The notes: generated by a model not told the origin, from the letters alone. A stretch of DNA of 64,000 nucleotides from an uncultured virus (IMG/VR IMGVR_UViG_3300032221_000327) (IMGVR_UViG_3300032221_000327), one strand, 5' to 3'. Shown: positions 1-7,791, numbered from the stretch's first letter. Translations and numbers: made by a program.

Positions 1-213
1 GCCTTTAAGCGCACCATCGTCAGCGGCAGCCCCCGCACTGCCACCGTTGACACCGGGAGAGGCTACGGCTTCTCCATCGCCTATTGCCCCCTGCGAGGGG
101 CCTGGTTTGGCGAAGAATGGGAAAGGCTGTCCTGCCTGTCCGTTCACTCAACTCCCCTTACGGACGCCATGAGCGAAGCTCAGGCCCGTGATTGGCTGGT
201 TCAGTTCCTCTGA
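1..213 (+). CDS. hypothetical protein, 5'-truncated by window edge
   Basis: Frame +1 open from base 1 to TGA at 211-213 (…AMSEAQARDWLVQFL*), co-directional with the following genes. Confidence 0.5.
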   Translation, partial: AFKRTIVSGSPRTATVDTGRGYGFSIAYCPLRGAWFGEEWERLSCLSVHSTPLTDAMSEAQARDWLVQFL

Positions 214-270
214 AGCCCCTGTCCACTGTCCACCATCCCCTCCCCTCCCCTGTTCATTCGCTATTCGGAA

Positions 271-900
271 ATGACGATCATCGCAACCCTCCCTCCGGCC
301 ATTCTCTGGGCAGCCTCTCATGCTGCTTCCACCGACTGCTCTAAGGGCCCATTGTGCGCTATTGACATTCGGCGCATCGACAGCAAGGTGCGCATTGTTG
401 GCGTGGATGGCCACCGCTGCTTCCGCTGTTTTCTTCCGTTGTCTGATATGTACTTCGCTCCTGAGGGCAGCATCAGGCTCTCGCCTAAAACCTTCGCCAA
501 GGCCCCTACAAAGAAGGCTGTCGTGGCAGAGATTGACGATGGAGGGATGGTGTTCTTCAAGGACAATCTGGGTCACGTATTGTCGTCTGGATCGTGGCTG
601 CCTGAGCCCTGGGCATCTGCTGATCTGACATTCCCGAACATTGAACAGATTTGGCCAGACGATACAGCCTTTTCTTGCAATCCTGGCACCTTTATTGCCA
701 TGAGCGCCACCTACATCGCTGATTTCGCCAAGGTGGCCGCCAAGATCGGCGCCAACAATGTCATGCGCCTGCTGTCCACTGATTCCCCCATTGCTCCCCT
801 TGTGTGGCAGTGCGTTCTGGACAATAAGTGGTTGGGTTATGAGGAAACTCAAGAGGTCTGGCTACAGTATCTGCTCATGCCCGTGCAGGTCAGAAAGTGA
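271..900 (+). CDS. truncated DNA polymerase III beta-clamp (DnaN)-like protein
   Basis: AASTDCSKGPLCAIDI, VGVDGHR, FPNIEQIWP, IAMSATYI and terminal YLLMPVQVRK follow the order of DnaN domain II/III motifs; 209 aa only. Confidence 0.75.
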   Translation: MTIIATLPPAILWAASHAASTDCSKGPLCAIDIRRIDSKVRIVGVDGHRCFRCFLPLSDMYFAPEGSIRLSPKTFAKAPTKKAVVAEIDDGGMVFFKDNLGHVLSSGSWLPEPWASADLTFPNIEQIWPDDTAFSCNPGTFIAMSATYIADFAKVAAKIGANNVMRLLSTDSPIAPLVWQCVLDNKWLGYEETQEVWLQYLLMPVQVRK

Positions 901-1268
901 TCCCAGACAGGCTCAGGCAAGCCTATGCTGCTGCCGTTGTTACTGACGACAACGGCAATGCACTGGCAGGGGCTTCCTCTCTGCCTTTCCCATTGTTCGT
1001 GATCACAGCTTGCAACCCCTACAGCATCGCCACTCCCTCGATTAACGAGCAGTTGCACGTTGTTTTGCAAGCCTTCATTGTCAGCCGCTTCCCCCATGCG
1101 CAGTGGCAGGAGGCTGTAGGCCAGTCGCAGGATGGCCAATGGAGGGAGCAGAGCCTGGCCGTTAGTGGCCTGTCTCAAGAGCAGGCAGTGGCCATAGGCA
1201 GGCATTTCCTGCAGTGGGCCATCTTTAGGATTGACGACGCAGGACTAGAGGTGGTTTCCTGCTGGTGA
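897..1268 (+). CDS. DUF3293-like protein
   Basis: FVITACNPYS…GQSQDGQWREQS…AVAIGRHFLQWAIF pattern; start overlaps upstream stop (GTGA). Confidence 0.7.
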   Translation: MIPDRLRQAYAAAVVTDDNGNALAGASSLPFPLFVITACNPYSIATPSINEQLHVVLQAFIVSRFPHAQWQEAVGQSQDGQWREQSLAVSGLSQEQAVAIGRHFLQWAIFRIDDAGLEVVSCW

Positions 1269-1276
1269 CTGCTGAG

Positions 1277-1345
1277 GGTCCGGCTAGGGTCCGGCTGGAT
1301 TTTGTATGAAGGTCCGGCTGGATTCTGTATGAAGGTCCGGCTGGA
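1277..1345. repeat. tandem repeat, core GGTCCGGCT x4, 23-bp period
   Basis: Core at 1277, 1288, 1311, 1334; units GGTCCGGCTGGATT(T/C)TGTATGAA at 1288-1310 and 1311-1333. Confidence 0.9.
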
Positions 1346-1351
1346 AAACAT

Positions 1352-1371
1352 AATGAGAATCGTTCTCGATT
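1352..1371. promoter_or_regulatory. degenerate Fur-box-like palindrome
   Basis: AATGAGAATCGTTCTCGATT, same core as the 2987-3007 palindrome. Confidence 0.4.
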
Positions 1372-1384
1372 GCTGGGGCCGCCA

Positions 1385-1440
1385 GGAGCGAGCGAGAGGG
1401 AGGGAGCGAGCGAGAGGGAGCGAGAGGGAGGGAGGGAGAG
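1385..1440. repeat. GA-rich low-complexity tract
   Basis: Iterated GAGC/GAGG/GAGA units. Confidence 0.85.
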
Positions 1441-1443
1441 CCT

Positions 1444-1522
1444 GGCCACTGATAAGCTCAGCCGCTGAAGCCACGGCGAAACGGCCACCCATAAGCGTAG
1501 CCGCTTATCAGTGGCCGTTTCG
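1444..1522. repeat. overlapping inverted repeats (alternative hairpins)
   Basis: GGCCACTGATAAGC 1444-1457 / GCTTATCAGTGGCC 1503-1516; CGAAACGGCCAC 1477-1488 / GTGGCCGTTTCG 1511-1522 with inner ATAAGCG/CGCTTAT. Confidence 0.85.
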
Positions 1523-1633
1523 AGCTTGCCTGATGATCTTCACTTATCTGGCCTGCCAGGGGCGATCAGACGGGGCAATCCAGGGTATTGTTTGTGGGCG
1601 GAGAGATCCGCGATTCTTCGGCACAGTAATGCC

Positions 1634-2086
1634 ATGCTTGCCCAGCGTCTGGCCGCCCTGTATCAGGGCGCCGCTTCTGTACCCACGTCCCGTGAGATCG
1701 CATCGCTACGGCGATGGATCGACGGTGAATTTTCCCGGATCACAGCCCCGGTGATCTACGTGCCGCTTGACCTTGACTTGCCGGATGCCGTGGCCCATTT
1801 GCGGGACCACGGCGTGTTGATCATCAGCACGGCCCACAACGACGACCACCCGATTCTCACTCCTGCCGAGAATGCCCGGTTTCGTGCTGTGCATGATTGG
1901 CACCATATTCGGCACGGCCTGGACTCCAGTTTAAGCGGTGAGATTGCCGCGTATAAAGTCGCCCGTAGGTCTGCACCGCGTCATATCTGGTGGCTGCTAC
2001 ATTCTGAGATTGTTTTGCAGGCGGCTGCGGCCCTTGCTACTGGTGCATTTCAGGCTCAGCGTACCGTTAATACTATCGGCCGCTGA
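1634..2086 (+). CDS. conserved phage protein with FRAVHDxxH motif (possible metal-binding)
   Basis: ENARFRAVHDWHH…GEIAAY…SEIVLQ; start re-assigned to ATG 1634. Confidence 0.65.
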   Translation: MLAQRLAALYQGAASVPTSREIASLRRWIDGEFSRITAPVIYVPLDLDLPDAVAHLRDHGVLIISTAHNDDHPILTPAENARFRAVHDWHHIRHGLDSSLSGEIAAYKVARRSAPRHIWWLLHSEIVLQAAAALATGAFQAQRTVNTIGR

Positions 2087-2087
2087 C

Positions 2088-2717
2088 ATGAATATATCTC
2101 ACGCTTACATTCTGGCCACGTTCTTTCACGCCTCGGCACAAGAACGCGCCGATGGCGCCTCATGGTATGACCGTGCATCAGTGGCTGCTGCTGAGATTGC
2201 GGCAGAATGTAGCCTCAGCATTTCTGGCGTGGCCGGCGTTGTCGCCGCACTTAGCCCAAACAACCGATGGGAGCGTAACTGCGCCGACGCTGAGCGTCTG
2301 TGCCGACTCTATACGGCCGGCGGCGCCGAATCGGCCGCTGCTTGCGTGGTGTCCACCTATGGAGCGAACAAGGCCAAGGCGCTTCGGGTTTTGGCGGGGG
2401 AACCACCCCTCACGGTGCTAGGTGGTTTGAAAGTGCGGGCATTTTATGAATGCATTATCGGCAGTACAACTAGCGTTTGCGTGGACGGTCACGCTTACGC
2501 TATTTGGGCGGGCGAGCGGATTGCTACTACGCAAACGCCTAAGATCAGCGCCAAGCTTTATGCGGCAATCTCCGCCGCTTACATACAGGCTGCCGATACT
2601 GTTAACGCTGTGACCGGCGCGTCGTATTCTGCCGCGCAAGTGCAGGCAATTACTTGGCTCACTTGGCGGCGCATGATTCAAGAAAACGGACTCTACCGGA
2701 GCACAAACACAAAATGA
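2088..2717 (+). CDS. HhH-GPD glycosylase-like phage protein (DUF7178-like)
   Basis: GASWY, AALSPNNRWERN, GGLKVRAFY, VCVDGHAY, QVQAITW; ATG 2088 directly follows upstream stop. Confidence 0.6.
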   Translation: MNISHAYILATFFHASAQERADGASWYDRASVAAAEIAAECSLSISGVAGVVAALSPNNRWERNCADAERLCRLYTAGGAESAAACVVSTYGANKAKALRVLAGEPPLTVLGGLKVRAFYECIIGSTTSVCVDGHAYAIWAGERIATTQTPKISAKLYAAISAAYIQAADTVNAVTGASYSAAQVQAITWLTWRRMIQENGLYRSTNTK

Positions 2718-2875
2718 ACGATTCTACAAAGTGCTACCTATTGTCGGCGATTCTCGCCGCTGATAACATCCCGGACGCGGTGATCACTGACGCTATGTCA
2801 ACGCTAGGTAAGTGTCGCCCATGGGCCCCCTACAGGAGCCTGCGCGATTGGCAGGCAGCTCAGCCGCCAGACTAG
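2714..2875 (+). CDS. small hypothetical protein
   Basis: ATGA overlap with upstream gene; 53 aa; followed by hairpin. Confidence 0.5.
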   Translation: MNDSTKCYLLSAILAADNIPDAVITDAMSTLGKCRPWAPYRSLRDWQAAQPPD

Positions 2876-2913
2876 CTGCGCGCCCCTTCCAGGGGCCCCT
2901 AGGTCGCAATCGT

Positions 2914-2940
2914 AGCCTCCGGGAAACCGGGGGCTGTTCT
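2914..2940 (+). terminator. putative terminator hairpin
   Basis: AGCCTCCGG-GAAA-CCGGGGGCT, weak U tract. Confidence 0.5.
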
Positions 2941-2986
2941 ACTGGGAGAGAATGTAGGGGGAACAGTCTCCACTGTTTCGGCGCAT

Positions 2987-3007
2987 TATTGAGAATCATT
3001 CTCAATA
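2987..3007. promoter_or_regulatory. Fur-box-like 10-1-10 palindrome
   Basis: TATTGAGAAT-C-ATTCTCAATA perfect inverted repeat in non-coding DNA. Confidence 0.6.
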
Positions 3008-3222
3008 CGCTGCGCCAACCCGCAAGCCGTCCACTGTTAAGTTTCGTGACGGTGAGCGTATGACGGTAGTGTTATGGAGCAGTAACGGGGGGAAATGGCG
3101 AAGCGGGGCTGGGACTCCCCCTCCCAAGGGGCGCGTAATTTTCGGTTGAAAACTAATTCCCCCCATCTCCAGCGCCCACTGCGCGAACGATCTAGCAGTT
3201 CACGAGCGGGAGTGAGCGCATG

Positions 3223-3297
3223 AGATTGTTCGTGCCCGTACGATTGCATGAGCCGGAGCATTGTACTGGCTGGAAGATTGTTCGTGCCTGACGATTG
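3223..3297. repeat. iteron-like direct repeat
   Basis: AGATTGTTCGTGCC at 3223 and 3275, each followed after 2-3 nt by ACGATTG. Confidence 0.75.
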
Positions 3298-3549
3298 TAC
3301 GAAGGGGCAATGGCCGGAGGGCCGCAGGCCGCCACTGTTATTGCCCCTTAGTTAGTCGTACGAGCAGGAGCAATGGAAGGAACAGTTTATCGGTTTTTGC
3401 AATAAGCGTCAGTTATCGAGAATGCAAGTGGAAGGAGAACAGCCCATTTCTTTTCCATTGAGGCTTCCTGGAGCGCCCTTTGCTCATGCGGCCCTCAAGG
3501 GCCGTCGTTCGTTGGGCGCTTGTTCGTTCATTATTGTATAAAAACTGTC

Positions 3550-3579
3550 AAAAGTGTGCCCTCCCGTAGCGGAGCACAC
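3550..3579 (-). terminator. intrinsic terminator for leftward transcript
   Basis: Minus strand GTGTGCTCC-GCTACG-GGAGGGCACAC-TTTT. Confidence 0.55.
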
Positions 3580-3884
3580 CATGGCCATGCCCTCACGATG
3601 TATCACGACCGGGGAAAAGAAGAAAGAGAAAATAGAGAGGATGGAGAAGGAGCCTTGGACTGTACCGGCGGGAGGAAGTCGCCAGGAACAATCGCCTTGG
3701 GGGCTGCCCTCGCGTGCGACTTCCGCTTGCGACTGGCTCTAAGGCTCCCGGCGAAGGTTTCTAAGAAACGCTTTGAGAGGGAGCGTGTGGAGCTGAGCCG
3801 CTGTGACGGGCACGCTTGAGGCTCCTGATCGAGCGGCTCGCAGGGGATGCTGCTGCTGCTTCGTAAGGCTCTGTAGCGGAGCCC
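3550..3884 (-). ncRNA. candidate ~330-nt structured non-coding RNA
   Basis: Lies between a near-consensus promoter and a terminator; nested and crossing inverted repeats; no convincing ORF. Confidence 0.45.
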
Positions 3885-3890
3885 CTTACC

Positions 3891-3919
3891 AGTGTAAACC
3901 TTTGTCAACAGGCTGTCAA
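3891..3919 (-). promoter_or_regulatory. sigma70-type promoter
   Basis: TTGACA (3919-3914)-N17-TACACT (3896-3891). Confidence 0.7.
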
Positions 3920-4105
3920 CATATTGAACAAGGGGCAATGGAAAGGAAAAGCTAGTGATTGCAAGGGAAGTGGAGGGAGGGCGATGGAAAGGGAATGGAG
4001 AGGGTTCTTGCTTGTGACAATTTATCTTCTGGATAAGCAAGGGAATCAAGACAATTCCCTTCCATTGGGACTGCCTTAGCCTTTGAGGCAGTTACCAGCA
4101 GCGTC

Positions 4106-4381
4106 GTGCCTTCTCTTGCTTCCGTGCCCAAGCGTTCCCCTTATCAACTGCCTTCTTCCACCACGTTGCGAGTGGAAGCCATCTACAGCCTGCGGGTGAG
4201 TATGCAGCGGCATGAAAGCAAGGTGGTGCGGGACATGCTCAAGGTGTTGAGGGAGGCGGTGGTGAAGCAGCAGTACCAGGCTGCTACTGGCGGGGGACGC
4301 CCTGGCTACCTCCTGAAGCTGACTGGCATGGTTGCGGAGGAAGTGCAGAAAGATGAAGCCCCTGCCTACCCCGACTGGTGA
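4106..4381 (+). CDS. hypothetical protein
   Basis: 91-aa ORF at head of a + strand run. Confidence 0.55.
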   Translation: MPSLASVPKRSPYQLPSSTTLRVEAIYSLRVSMQRHESKVVRDMLKVLREAVVKQQYQAATGGGRPGYLLKLTGMVAEEVQKDEAPAYPDW

Positions 4382-4407
4382 TGAAGCCCCTGCCTACCCC
4401 GACTGGT
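4352..4407. repeat. exact 28-bp tandem duplication
   Basis: GATGAAGCCCCTGCCTACCCCGACTGGT x2 (4352-4379, 4380-4407). Confidence 0.95.
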
Positions 4408-4496
4408 AGGGCAGGCGCCAATGATGAGGAGGACCGTGGCAGTTGACCGGAGCGGGCAGCCGTGCCTACCGTGGGCGAGCCCTCAGTGCCCCAGCA

Positions 4497-5288
4497 ATGG
4501 CTTCCAGCGACTGCCCAACAGCAACTAGCTTCCCTCCATCGACCAACTCCCGGCGACGGCCGTTCCATCGGTTTGTGCTTTCCGTGGACGAGGAGTCCAT
4601 GGAGGCTGTCTTAAGAGGTGACTTGGACAGCCTGATGGCAGCGTTTTGTTGGATCGACTCTCCCCAAGGCCATAAGTATTGGCGGCGGCTCCACGCTGGA
4701 GAGGTGCCTCTGTCTGACAGCGACAAGCGCATGTTGGTGCTGTGGATAATCATTGGTGCCATGCCGATAGAAACAGTGTTTGATGCGGAGGATTATCACT
4801 GCTCCAACCACGCAGCACGCCTGCGGGGCGTGGTGGAACACGGCGGGGTTAAAGCGTTGGACGAGTTGTTCACTTGGAACAAGACTTGTCAAGGTCACGA
4901 TTACTGGCAGGATCGTCGCTACAGGGGTGTGCCATTGTCCCACGCAGACAAGGAATGGCTCCTGGCGCTGGCTGAGCTTCACGACAGGATTGAACAGGAT
5001 CGTAGCGATGGCATTAAGCAGCCCCAAGGGACTCCCAGCAAGACTGAGGCCAAGGACGACGCAGCGGACGAGCCAGTGCAGCAAGCTGCCCAGGTGGACG
5101 AGCCAGTACAACAGGCTGCTGTGGCCAAGCGGGAGCTGGAAGCCGCCATCAGCAAGCTCCTTGCCACCTTCTGCCGGGAGCACAATGCTTCCCTGGATGA
5201 GCTGGACATTCTCCACACAGTCGATGCCACTGGCACCAGCCTGATCGAGGTGACGATTGATGCGCATGTCGCCACTCCCATTCTCTGA
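4497..5288 (+). CDS. hypothetical protein with two FxWxx(S/T)xQGxxYW repeats (paralogue 1)
   Basis: Internal repeats; strong DNA and protein similarity to 5346-6107. Confidence 0.8.
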   Translation: MASSDCPTATSFPPSTNSRRRPFHRFVLSVDEESMEAVLRGDLDSLMAAFCWIDSPQGHKYWRRLHAGEVPLSDSDKRMLVLWIIIGAMPIETVFDAEDYHCSNHAARLRGVVEHGGVKALDELFTWNKTCQGHDYWQDRRYRGVPLSHADKEWLLALAELHDRIEQDRSDGIKQPQGTPSKTEAKDDAADEPVQQAAQVDEPVQQAAVAKRELEAAISKLLATFCREHNASLDELDILHTVDATGTSLIEVTIDAHVATPIL

Positions 5289-5345
5289 CCGTCTACGGAC
5301 CAGCCTCGTTTCCTTCCATCCCTTTCTTTTCCATCGTCCTTTCCA

Positions 5346-6107
5346 ATGACTGCTTCCATGACCACTTCATCGCCCTACCGCCGCCCCCCGTTTCATCAGT
5401 TTGTGCGTTCCGTGAACAAGGAGCCGCTGGAGGCTGTCTTAAGAGGCGACTTGGACAGCCTGAAGATAGCGTTTCCTTGGATCCGCTCCCCCCAGGGTAG
5501 TGAGTATTGGCGGCAACGCTACTGTGGAGAGGTGCCCCTGTCGGACGACGACAAGGCCATGCTTCGTCGCTGGCTGATCATCAAAGACATGCCAGAGGCT
5601 TTTATCGCTGAGCATCTGGAAGTTGGTTTTACCGACCGGAACCGGGCACTTCGCGCCATTGCCCACGGCGGCCCCCTGAAGGACTTGATCTCGTTGTTCG
5701 CATGGGCGCCCACCAGCCAAGGTATCCATTACTGGGCGGCTCGTTGCTACGGGGAGGCACCATTGTCAGGCGAAGACAAGGAATGGCTTTTGGCGCTGGC
5801 CGAGCTGAGCGACAGAATCCAAGAAGACTTGCAAGCAGGACTGCTGCGCAAAGGTAAAAAGGGCTTGGAAACGGTGCCGGCTGCAGAAGCCTCCCCTGCT
5901 CCTGCTCCTGCTCCCTCTGATTCTCCGTTGCTCCCCGTCCTCAAGCAAGCCATTCGCGCCAAGGGCGATCTGGAAGCTGCCATCAGCACGCTCCTGGCTG
6001 ACTTCTGCCGTCAATATGGCGCCACGATTGATGAAGTAATCGTGCATGGCCGGACGACGACAGGCACGACTGTGACGGTTGGCGCCCACATTTCTCAGCC
6101 CCTTTGA
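5346..6107 (+). CDS. hypothetical protein with two FxWxx(S/T)xQGxxYW repeats (paralogue 2)
   Basis: Shares EAVLRGDLDSL, GEVPLS, DKEWLLALAEL, LEAAIS with 4497-5288. Confidence 0.8.
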   Translation: MTASMTTSSPYRRPPFHQFVRSVNKEPLEAVLRGDLDSLKIAFPWIRSPQGSEYWRQRYCGEVPLSDDDKAMLRRWLIIKDMPEAFIAEHLEVGFTDRNRALRAIAHGGPLKDLISLFAWAPTSQGIHYWAARCYGEAPLSGEDKEWLLALAELSDRIQEDLQAGLLRKGKKGLETVPAAEASPAPAPAPSDSPLLPVLKQAIRAKGDLEAAISTLLADFCRQYGATIDEVIVHGRTTTGTTVTVGAHISQPL

Positions 6108-6161
6108 CGACCCCCTTCCATCTAGGCCACATTCCCTTTATTCCTTTCCATCGTCCCTTCA

Positions 6162-6647
6162 ATGACCACTGATCCCCTGCCTTCATTTCCAACCAGCACC
6201 TCCTACCCGCTGCCTAGCCCCTCCCGCCCATCGCCACCGCGCCCTCCGTCGCTGCTGGGCCGCGCCATGGCGGAAAGCGCATCCCTGGACGACGCCTCCC
6301 GTGGTTTTACTAAAGAGCTGTTCACAGACTTTGAGCTGTGCGGCAGTAAAACTGCTGCGGCATTCCTGGGCTACCTCATTGGCAAACGTGCTGCTAAGGA
6401 TGCGCCCGCTGCGGAACCGGCAGTGTATATGGCAATGCGCATTGCGCTGGAGGACTACGCCGAAGGCACCACCAGCCAAGGAGAAGCCATGAGCAGCCTG
6501 CTTGGGGCAGTGCTGCACCACCTTCAGGAACATGGCTTCAAGGAGGGCCCCCTCACCATTGAACAAGCGCAAGCCCTATTCAGGGATCTGGCTGCTCCGT
6601 TGAATAACGACGAGCTGCTGGATTCTGGCTTGATATTGGCTGATTAA
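6162..6647 (+). CDS. hypothetical protein
   Basis: 161-aa ORF in gene run. Confidence 0.65.
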   Translation: MTTDPLPSFPTSTSYPLPSPSRPSPPRPPSLLGRAMAESASLDDASRGFTKELFTDFELCGSKTAAAFLGYLIGKRAAKDAPAAEPAVYMAMRIALEDYAEGTTSQGEAMSSLLGAVLHHLQEHGFKEGPLTIEQAQALFRDLAAPLNNDELLDSGLILAD

Positions 6648-6685
6648 GCCCCGTTCCTTTTCCATTGCTCCTTTCTTTTCTTGCC

Positions 6686-7408
6686 ATGGCCGATTCTTCT
6701 TCTCCTTATGACATGTTCCGTATCTGCTCTATTACCTTGGATCGCCCTGGCGTGAGTAAGCGTCTACAGGCCAGGTTCAAGAGGGCCGCTGACGACTGCC
6801 TTTCCAAGGAGGCAGCCATGGCCTTTGGTTACATGCTGGCTCAAGACGACATGGCCAAGGGCTACCCCGATCCCACTGCTCCGGGGATTGAAGACACAGT
6901 GGCCGCCACTCTCCGAGCGTTTGCTTCTGGCGACGAGACGCTGGAAGATACGCTTCAGATTGTGTTTGGCCTCATCTACAACTGGGTGGATGATGCTTAT
7001 GACCGTGAAGAGTATGAGTCTGATGGCGGGGCACGGGAGTGTCTTGCTGACCTCTTCCGTCCCTACGTCCGTCCGGGCGTGGTGGTGGACGAAGCGGGGC
7101 TGGTCAATCCTGCACTCGCTGAAGACCAGGCGCCGGCAGTGAACAGCGAAGCTGTTGCCAAGGCGGACCCGTCCGTTGTTGCCAAAGCGGACCCGTGGTT
7201 CGAGACAGTGCGCGACTTTCTTGCACAGAGCCTAGCCGCTAATCGGGTGCCTCTGACCAGCGGTGACATATTCCGTGCCATCGGCCAGTTCCCTCTGCCC
7301 GATGGGGCATGGTATCGGATACGTCGCATTGCCACTGCTTGCGACTGGTCCGTTGTGATGGACAATGGCGGAGCAAAGTTCTGGCATTGGCCATCAATAA
7401 CTCCCTAA
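6686..7408 (+). CDS. hypothetical protein
   Basis: 240-aa ORF; short internal repeat VAKADP x2. Confidence 0.7.
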   Translation: MADSSSPYDMFRICSITLDRPGVSKRLQARFKRAADDCLSKEAAMAFGYMLAQDDMAKGYPDPTAPGIEDTVAATLRAFASGDETLEDTLQIVFGLIYNWVDDAYDREEYESDGGARECLADLFRPYVRPGVVVDEAGLVNPALAEDQAPAVNSEAVAKADPSVVAKADPWFETVRDFLAQSLAANRVPLTSGDIFRAIGQFPLPDGAWYRIRRIATACDWSVVMDNGGAKFWHWPSITP

Positions 7409-7454
7409 TTCTCGCCAGTCTCGTAGTTATCACTACCTTCCTTCCATCGTTTCT

Positions 7455-7485
7455 GCCCTAGCCTTGTTGAAGGCTGGGGCTTTTT
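7455..7485 (+). terminator. intrinsic terminator-like hairpin
   Basis: GCCCTAGCCTT-GTTG-AAGGCTGGGGC-TTTTT. Confidence 0.65.
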
Positions 7486-7486
7486 C

Positions 7487-7681
7487 ATGGACATTCTTGG
7501 TGGATTGGTCAATCCTTTTATGGTGGGCGCCATTAAAGTATGGCCCTGCGCTAGTCGGCCTGGCTTTCAATGGTTCATTGCCCACGAGGGCCGGCCTCAT
7601 TATTTTAGAAGCCACTCTGAAGCTGTGTTGTTTGCTAAAGATGCCCAGTCCATGCACGATGCTGAAGGGCTTTGCGACTGA
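7487..7681 (+). CDS. small hypothetical protein
   Basis: 64-aa ORF with globular composition. Confidence 0.6.
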   Translation: MDILGGLVNPFMVGAIKVWPCASRPGFQWFIAHEGRPHYFRSHSEAVLFAKDAQSMHDAEGLCD

Positions 7682-7791
7682 TGAAGGATGAAGGCATCAT
7701 AAAGGCCATTGACGATGCCATTAAACGTCACGAACTGCGCGTGGCCTTGTGGAGCGGCCTGTTAGGCGCCATTTTACTTGCTGGCACCTAG
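7681..7791 (+). CDS. small membrane peptide (possibly shortened by a premature TAG)
   Basis: MKDEGIIKAIDDAIKRHELRVALWSGLLGAILLAGT*; TGATG coupling; in-frame HALAMLR* follows to 7815. Confidence 0.45.
   Translation: MKDEGIIKAIDDAIKRHELRVALWSGLLGAILLAGT

Noticed and set aside
1277..1345. CRISPR or mini-array
   Set aside because: Intervening sequences are near-identical and too short to be spacers; no cas genes
1449..1540. Hammerhead ribozyme (CTGA…CGAAAC and CTGATGA present)
   Set aside because: Cores read CTGATAA and CTGAAGC rather than CTGANGA before the GAAA, and the true CTGATGA at 1530 has no downstream GAAA with stem II
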